From an uncultured Deferribacteres bacterium (lineage in GTDB: Bacteria; Zhuqueibacterota; Zhuqueibacteria; Zhuqueibacterales; Geothermadaptataceae), in NCBI GenBank assembly GCA_964014485.1, contig CAXHAT010000129.1:1-23358 (forward strand): a stretch of 23,358 nucleotides of DNA, read 5' to 3'. A program made the translations under genes and the position numbers. The notes under the pieces were generated by a model, which was not told the origin of the DNA, ran no database searches, and saw only the letters and a program-made list of their open reading frames with translations. Shown one piece after another: positions 18,198-23,358 of this stretch; the stretch's first letter is position 1; each line of letters opens with the position of its first letter.

Positions 18198-19928
18198 CTA
18201 TTTTCTTCCCTTCTTGATCAACTGGAAAACGAATTCCAATTCCGCGTCTCTCCCGTCTAAAATATCTCCTAATTTCGGTTTTACAATGTAGTCCGGCATG
18301 AGCGGGTCGCCCATTTTGAACCCGGTGACGGCTGTTTGAAAAGTGTCTTGCGGCAGATTCAGCATAATTCCTGTTTCGGGCAAAGTTATCCGTATGCTTT
18401 TATCATTGCAATAGAAAGTCCCTCCCGATTCTTCGCCAATCAGAACCGCCAATTTGTGATACTTGATCAAAGATAGAAAATGGCCGGTCGACGATAGGCA
18501 GCTCCCGTTTATCAACACATAAACTTCGCCTTCAAAGTATTGATTCTTGCGCTTTATTGGTCGGTACAAAGGGCTGAACTCGCCCTGCTCTTTCGGCGTC
18601 TCGAAATAGGTGAAACCGGACTTGGTCAAGTACGAAAGCAGCTCAGCCGCCAAAAAAGGATGGCCGCCCAAATTCCCTCTCACGTCGATAACAAGCCGTC
18701 GGATTCTCTCTGCTTTCATCCTGCTGAATGATTTTCGGAGAAAGGCTTTATATTCTTCGTGGTTTGGCGATCCGAAGCTTTTTACAGAGAGGAGCGCAGT
18801 GCCGCCTTCGTCAAAAATTTGTAATTGCAGGGGCAACGTCTTGGCTGAAAATCTCTCGGGATGCGCGTTTTCGATTGCTTCGTCAAGAAGCTCACGGGTT
18901 TGCCCCTGAAGCTGCACCCGAACCTTGCTTCCGGACGGAGTCAAACATTCGAGATCAAATCGCTCATCGTTGCCGATATAAAGAGAGTAGACGTGAGAAA
19001 AGTTTGCGTTTATTTCATAAGCTTTGTAGGTGCGATTGAAGCCGTCGGACGGGACGCTTGCAGCCAGACGCTTCCAAATTTCAGACGACTCCCTACCGTT
19101 GATCGACAAAACGCGCATACCTGCGGAAACGGCAGAGCTTTGACTATAATTGGCGACAATGTACGCCTTTTCACCGAAAATTTTTATGTCCAGGGGGAGC
19201 AGACTTCTTTTGTTGCGCAGCGCATTTGAGAATTCGCGCGACGGTTGGATGCGCGTATGACTGCATCTGACTTTTGTCGTCAATGGAGCGAGCAATCGCA
19301 AGAAGGCGTCTTCCGTCATTTCCGCTTTGATTGCCTGAAACGTACTATCGAACTGGCCGTCAAACCTCTCCTTTGAGATAAAACCATACAATTTTGGATG
19401 AGTATTCTCCAACTGTCGCCGTAGAAAGGCAAAGTCGCTTTGTAACTGTTTGACCGAATATTTTTTCTCTAAAATATTGTCCCCACGCCTGCTCTGTTTG
19501 GCTTTCGCAAATTCTCCGAGCGAAGGCTTTTCCACTTTTTTCACCGCGACCGGGTGGGTTGAACCGTTCGGAAACTTTAAATTGCCCGTAATTTGCAGAC
19601 CATTGGAGTCCAATTTTCCATTAAACGGCGTGTCCTTCGCTGCAATTAAGAATGAAAGGCGGTTTTTCTCCAGAAAAATATTCTTCAAAGGGTCGTCTTG
19701 AATTTGAATTTTGCCTTGAAAAAGGAGGATTCTCCCCGCCATTGTTCCATCGTTTTGTTCATGAAAGGCGAGTATCAGCGTGAGATTATTGCCCGGCATA
19801 AATTCCCCTTCCCAATACCCGGCTATTTTTTGAAAGTCAGACGTTACTTGCGGCGCTGCGTTGTTGACGGTCAGGAATGCGCAAATTATGAGTATGCGCA
19901 AGTACAGCGGAACTCTTCTTTTCGACAT
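18198..19928 (-). CDS. Secreted S41-family peptidase with PDZ-like segment and an extra N-terminal beta domain
   Basis: Motifs SDFAFLRRQLENTHPKLY, CSHT, GMRVLSING (PDZ), LVIDVRGNLGG, VLINGSCLSSTGHF, IGEESGG and MPDYIV. The ATG at 19928 has AAAGGAG upstream and begins a signal peptide. The ORF-track start at 20168 overlaps the next gene. Confidence 0.87.
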   Translation of the reverse strand: MSKRRVPLYLRILIICAFLTVNNAAPQVTSDFQKIAGYWEGEFMPGNNLTLILAFHEQNDGTMAGRILLFQGKIQIQDDPLKNIFLEKNRLSFLIAAKDTPFNGKLDSNGLQITGNLKFPNGSTHPVAVKKVEKPSLGEFAKAKQSRRGDNILEKKYSVKQLQSDFAFLRRQLENTHPKLYGFISKERFDGQFDSTFQAIKAEMTEDAFLRLLAPLTTKVRCSHTRIQPSREFSNALRNKRSLLPLDIKIFGEKAYIVANYSQSSAVSAGMRVLSINGRESSEIWKRLAASVPSDGFNRTYKAYEINANFSHVYSLYIGNDERFDLECLTPSGSKVRVQLQGQTRELLDEAIENAHPERFSAKTLPLQLQIFDEGGTALLSVKSFGSPNHEEYKAFLRKSFSRMKAERIRRLVIDVRGNLGGHPFLAAELLSYLTKSGFTYFETPKEQGEFSPLYRPIKRKNQYFEGEVYVLINGSCLSSTGHFLSLIKYHKLAVLIGEESGGTFYCNDKSIRITLPETGIMLNLPQDTFQTAVTGFKMGDPLMPDYIVKPKLGDILDGRDAELEFVFQLIKKGRK

Positions 19929-20101
19929 GCGCTCTCCTTTGGACGGCTCATTGGCTCCACGCAAATCGCGCAAATCTGGCTGCTGCGAAGTGAACTCCCG
20001 TCCAAATTGTTTTACGTTTTTGTGTTTGCCGTGAGAATTCCAAGCGAAGCAATTTTTGACCTGCCGCCAGCCCGGTTTTTTAGCGGCGCAGTCTCTAATC
20101 A

Positions 20102-21046
20102 CTAAAGACCATGCATGTTCTCTTGCCCAAAATGTCGCAAGACCCGCAGAGCGCGGAGAGTGTTCCAACGACTTGGCCCGCCTGTTTTTTCCATATCAAA
20201 ATGCGTTTGGCCCGGATGTTTCGCCTGCACCGGCCAAGTTCCGTCGCGCCGTCTTTTCTTCTGCAAAACGTCCAGCGCCGGCTGCATTCGATGATCATAC
20301 GGCTGCCCGCAAGTTTGAAAGTAAACCAAAGCGCGCAAAATATCATATCTCCAGCGCGAAGGGTAGGACAGCATTAAAAAGCGCTTGTCGATGATTTTGC
20401 CGGTGTGATCAGAGCGGAACAATTGGTGTTGAAGAATAAACTCTTTCGCTTCCGTCGCAATCCTTTCCAGCTCCGCTAGGCGATAAACATAGCCATTGAC
20501 CGCGTATTCCCACAGTCCTTCCAGAACCGAGATGGTTGAGTGCAAAGAACTATGCACCGCACCGCTCCGATTGAGGCGGCAATTGAAACCGCCGTCCGGC
20601 ATTTGTTGCGAAACAATCAGATCAATGAGTGATTTGAGGCGGGCTTCCGGAGCTCCGAAATAAGAAGCATAGTTCAGAAACATCCCATCAACGCAGATAT
20701 CGCTTTTTCGCTCGGTCCCAATGGGGAGAATGCCGCCGTCGGGAGCTTTGTGGTTTTGAAGAACCTGAGCAATTGAAGACTGAATTTGAGAGTTGTCCGG
20801 CGGAAAATTGAGATGTTTCAAATCGAGAAGAGTGTAGTGGGTCGAAATCCATTTGGGTTGATAAAAAGCCTGCCCCCAATGCCCGTCTGGGTGGCGTGCC
20901 TGCATAAACCTTCTTCCCCAGCCTTCAGAAGCGATTCGTTTTTGCAAGTCCGGTCTTGTTTCGCCCAACAAATCGCGACAGGTTTGGTACTGGATCGCGA
21001 CGTCCCCTTTTAGCAGCCAGGAAATGAGAGGTTCTTTATCCGTCAT
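20102..21046 (-). CDS. Prenyltransferase/squalene-cyclase-repeat (alpha/alpha toroid) protein of unknown function
   Basis: QW-like repeats RHPDGHWG, HKAPDGG, QQMPDGGFNC and RRRDGTWP, plus YPSRWRYDILRAL and PSRWNTLRALRVL. RBS GAGAGG upstream. Confidence 0.75.
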   Translation of the reverse strand: MTDKEPLISWLLKGDVAIQYQTCRDLLGETRPDLQKRIASEGWGRRFMQARHPDGHWGQAFYQPKWISTHYTLLDLKHLNFPPDNSQIQSSIAQVLQNHKAPDGGILPIGTERKSDICVDGMFLNYASYFGAPEARLKSLIDLIVSQQMPDGGFNCRLNRSGAVHSSLHSTISVLEGLWEYAVNGYVYRLAELERIATEAKEFILQHQLFRSDHTGKIIDKRFLMLSYPSRWRYDILRALVYFQTCGQPYDHRMQPALDVLQKKRRRDGTWPVQAKHPGQTHFDMEKTGGPSRWNTLRALRVLRHFGQENMHGL

Positions 21047-21107
21047 TGGCTTTCCTCTCGAAAATTTTGCAAGGGCTTGCCTGGTATTTCACAGCTTATT
21101 TATGCAG

Positions 21108-21312
21108 TTCACTACCTGACATTTTTTGCAAATTGCCATTTAGCGCTGGAGAGAAAGCCCCGAATTGTCATTCTGAAGGAATCCTTGTTATCGTCCGGCA
21201 CAGGTTTTCCCCGAACGTTCAAGGGTTAGGGCTAAAAGGATGCTTGCAGCATGACAATTCTGGGCTTTTTGAAACGCTTGCATAGTTGTTATAAAAAGTG
21301 TTAGGTAGTGAA
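21108..21312. mobile_element. MITE-like non-autonomous element (~205 bp) with terminal inverted repeats and target-site duplication
   Basis: Left TIR TTCACTACCTGACATTTTTTGCAA matches the reverse complement of the right end, TTCACTACCTAACACTTTTTATAA (20/24). Direct repeat TTTATGCAG abuts both ends (21099-21107 and 21313-21321). Internal 32-bp imperfect inverted repeat at 21154-21185 / 21237-21268. Confidence 0.78.
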
Positions 21313-21554
21313 TTTATGCAGTGTCAAAATACGTAAGCGGGCACAGTTTTTCAAGGCAATTTCTCAGAATTCCTTGCCTGAAACGTGAAAATTTGGCGAT
21401 GCGGGATGGAACAATGTAACAAACTTTTGCGGCGAAAATATGAAGGAGAGAAGTTGTCTAAACAAACCAAATCGCGTATCGGAAAACATTAAACCGGCAA
21501 AGTTTTGATGTTTTAAAGACACGTGAACATTTTTTCAAAAATAACAACCGCTTG

Positions 21555-21654
21555 TTCTAACGGTCGCGCATGTGTTGCCCAAAACAGCTAGATGAAGGTG
21601 CCAGACCCGAAACAGCGACAGCTGTTTTGGGTCAATACGATGCAGCTGTTATGC
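21555..21654 (-). repeat. attC: Integron attC recombination site 1 (100 bp)
   Basis: On the minus strand: R'' GCATAAC ... R' GTTAGAA. Arm GCAT(C)GTATTG(A)CCCAAAACAGCT pairs with AGCTGTTTTGGGCAACACATGC, leaving two extrahelical bases (C, A) on the R''-L'' arm. It lies 39 nt downstream of the cassette gene stop. Confidence 0.9.
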
Positions 21655-22901
21655 CGAAATTTGTTATAGGCAAGGAGACTATGCCCAATCTGTTTATTCA
21701 GTTCTTGCACAAAAACCGTTTGAACAAAGCCACTCTAGCATGGTTTCGTAGTACCCGTCCGCGTAGGGAGTTTTCCAATAATCAGACTTTTGAGACTCAA
21801 AGTAACTACCTGTTCTACTCAATCTGAGGTTGTGGTCGGCATTTGGAAACACCCTGACAGATAATCGGGCCTCCCCATTTGGGCCTAAAGTACTCTCATA
21901 GAGTTTCTTTGTTTTTCTCCAGTCGACTTGAGTATCTCTCCCGCCAAATATAGCGAGCACTGGACACGAAACAGTTTTTAGAATTTGATCAAAACCTTCA
22001 ATGTAAATCTGCAGCCCGCTTTCTTCATCAAACAAGTGCCCCTCGGCGATGTAGCCTTTTTGACTTTTCAGGTACTGTCGTTGGGCCTGGACATACGCGT
22101 CGCTCTCCGGGGCGTGCTCCAAATATTCCTGGCCCGTGAGCCGTTGTACCATCTCGTTTCTACGGAAAGTCTTAGTCGAGCTTGTGTATTCTTCGAAAGA
22201 GCCACCCAACCTATAAATCCTATTTCCATCAACCCATTCTTTGTATACGACGTCTATCTCGGCGCCTGAATGTCCTTCCAGCTTCAGATTGGATCGAAGG
22301 AGATACCCCCAATTCTCGAATGCATCTGTGCCACTGATGGAGATCCAAAACTTGACACTTGGCTCTTTGTTAATTGCAAGTGGTGCAATCCATCCCGCAC
22401 GACTCACTCCCCATAGGCCAATTTTTTCAGAACCAGCTTCCTCATTATCCTTCAATGCTTGAATGGCTGAAACAATTTCGTCGGCACTACTATCGACGGG
22501 CTGATTTATGTCAAAAACTCCCTCGCTCTTTCCGCAGCCTGGCTTGTCCCAGACAACAACTGAGATGCCTTTTGATGTGAATTTGGATCGGAGCTCGTGA
22601 TACCCGTTATTCTTGACAACGTTTGTGGGACCATAACCATGCACTATGATAATTATGGCATTTGCTTTCATTTCTTGGGGGCGACTGATGATGCCGTTTA
22701 GATTTAGGCCAGAGGATTCAAACGTAAATTCGCCAGTGGTAAATGTTGAGGATGTTTGAGCTACGCTCGAGGTGAGAGAAACAAACGCTATGATAAACGT
22801 GCCTATGCAATTCTTGAGGTTTTTGATTTCATATCCCATAAATTGTTTGTCCAATTCTATTGAACTCACTCAAAATCGTTGAATTGGCCGAGGAGGCATA
22901 A
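21561..22901 (-). mobile_element. Complete integron gene cassette (1341 bp) carrying an alpha/beta hydrolase
   Basis: Runs from the G|TTATGCC crossover of attC2 to the G of attC1 R'. Its first bases GTTATGCC are the exact complement of its own R'' GGCATAAC, as expected of a circularisable cassette. It holds a single ORF in canonical orientation and is visibly more AT-rich than the flanking genes. Confidence 0.87.
21694..22839 (-). CDS. Secreted alpha/beta-fold hydrolase (S9/aminopeptidase-like), cassette-borne
   Basis: Motifs IIVHGYGP, WDKPGCGKSEG, nucleophile elbow GLWGVSRAG, GGRDTQV (Asp) and FPNADH (His). A signal-peptide-like stretch follows ATG 22839. The ORF-track start is GTG 22869. 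Confidence 0.88.
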   Translation of the reverse strand: MGYEIKNLKNCIGTFIIAFVSLTSSVAQTSSTFTTGEFTFESSGLNLNGIISRPQEMKANAIIIIVHGYGPTNVVKNNGYHELRSKFTSKGISVVVWDKPGCGKSEGVFDINQPVDSSADEIVSAIQALKDNEEAGSEKIGLWGVSRAGWIAPLAINKEPSVKFWISISGTDAFENWGYLLRSNLKLEGHSGAEIDVVYKEWVDGNRIYRLGGSFEEYTSSTKTFRRNEMVQRLTGQEYLEHAPESDAYVQAQRQYLKSQKGYIAEGHLFDEESGLQIYIEGFDQILKTVSCPVLAIFGGRDTQVDWRKTKKLYESTLGPNGEARLSVRVFPNADHNLRLSRTGSYFESQKSDYWKTPYADGYYETMLEWLCSNGFCARTE

Positions 22902-22995
22902 CGGTTGCGCATGTGTTGCCCAAAACAGCTAGATGAAGGCGCCAGACCCGAAACAGCGACAGCTGTTTTGGGTCAATACGATGCAGCTGTTATGC
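22896..22995 (-). repeat. attC: Integron attC recombination site 2 (100 bp)
   Basis: On the minus strand: R'' GCATAAC ... R' GTTATGC. Same structure as attC1, differing at only 2 internal positions apart from the bases beyond the crossover. Confidence 0.9.
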
Positions 22996-23073
22996 TCAAA
23001 TGTTACCTATGTCCCTGTCCGCTCAGATGCTTTTGGGTATGTAGGGAAACTTTGGTAACTCCGAAGAGAGTTT

Positions 23074-23325
23074 TCAATTGCCCGCTTCTTCGGACTCATC
23101 GTAGTTATAAAAATGGTCACATTCACAAGATATAAGTTGACCACCGCATTTTGGACACTTTTCCATGTCGCAACCGTACAAGTGTATTTGATTTTCTACG
23201 ATGCAACAATCATGGCAGGGAGTAGCAAAGTACTTAATCTCTGTCATTGACCATTCATTCTTGCTGCCGTATTTAATTCGTTCAAATTCTTCACCATCAA
23301 TGACTGAAGTGGACCCCAATGTCAA
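23074..23325 (-). CDS. Small Cys/His-rich putative zinc-binding protein in the next (partial) cassette
   Basis: PCHDCC...H.YGCDMEKCPKCGGQLISCEC. The stop is 78 nt before attC2. The TTG start is weak, and an in-frame TAA lies at 23346-23344. Confidence 0.65.
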   Translation of the reverse strand: MTLGSTSVIDGEEFERIKYGSKNEWSMTEIKYFATPCHDCCIVENQIHLYGCDMEKCPKCGGQLISCECDHFYNYDESEEAGN

Positions 23326-23358
23326 GACAGTTTTTACGAGAAGTTAAGGTGGATGAGG

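Noticed and set aside
19929..20168. 80-aa N-terminal extension of the S41 peptidase given in the ORF track
   Set aside because: It overlaps the upstream gene and is not protein-like, whereas ATG 19928 has a strong RBS and a signal peptide.
18198..21046. S41 peptidase and prenyltransferase-repeat genes as further cassettes
   Set aside because: They share the array's strand, but no TAAC...GTT attC structure was found after either stop, and they have long leaders and ordinary RBSs.
21046..21285. 79-aa + strand ORF
   Set aside because: It runs across the MITE palindrome and is most likely spurious.
21570..21827. ORFs 21570..21827 and 22905..23135 with identical N-termini (MCCPKQLDEGARPE...)
   Set aside because: These are translations of the attC repeats on the non-coding strand, not duplicated genes.
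192..22580. Numerous short ORFs antisense or out of frame to the main genes
   Set aside because: They are shadow ORFs with no recognisable motifs, overlapped by well-supported genes.
21555..22995. 100-bp direct repeats read as IS ends, prophage att sites or riboswitches
   Set aside because: There is no transposase or phage gene. The R''/R' boxes, the extrahelical-base pattern and the position after stop codons fit attC much better.

Overview
Bacterial genomic window of moderate GC. The PorV-like barrel and the FlgD-Ig/T9SS-like C-terminal sorting domain suggest an FCB-superphylum organism, for example KSB1/Calditrichota (inference only). Left to right: (1) a 5'-truncated LRR-Roc-COR protein with a C-terminal TIR-like (DUF4062-type) domain, whose LRRs are encoded by near-identical 66-bp DNA repeats; (2) a two-gene unit of a SAM methyltransferase and an unusual cNMP-binding + transglutaminase-like fusion; (3) a minus-strand operon of a secreted M20 peptidase and two tandem NhaC paralogs; (4) a phosphohexosamine/phosphohexose mutase (glmM-like); (5) a surface pair: a 7x DUF11 protein with a C-terminal sorting domain, then a PorV-like barrel fused to FN3/CARDB/DUF11 and two OmpA_C domains, one nested inside the DUF11 domain; (6) an S41 peptidase and a prenyltransferase-repeat protein; (7) a ~205-bp MITE with target-site duplication; (8) the distal end of a minus-strand integron cassette array with two near-identical 100-bp attC sites, one complete cassette (alpha/beta hydrolase) and part of a second (small Cys/His-rich protein). 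Several REP-like palindromes are present. No rRNA, tRNA or CRISPR array was seen. All calls are by motif recognition by eye; no database search was run.
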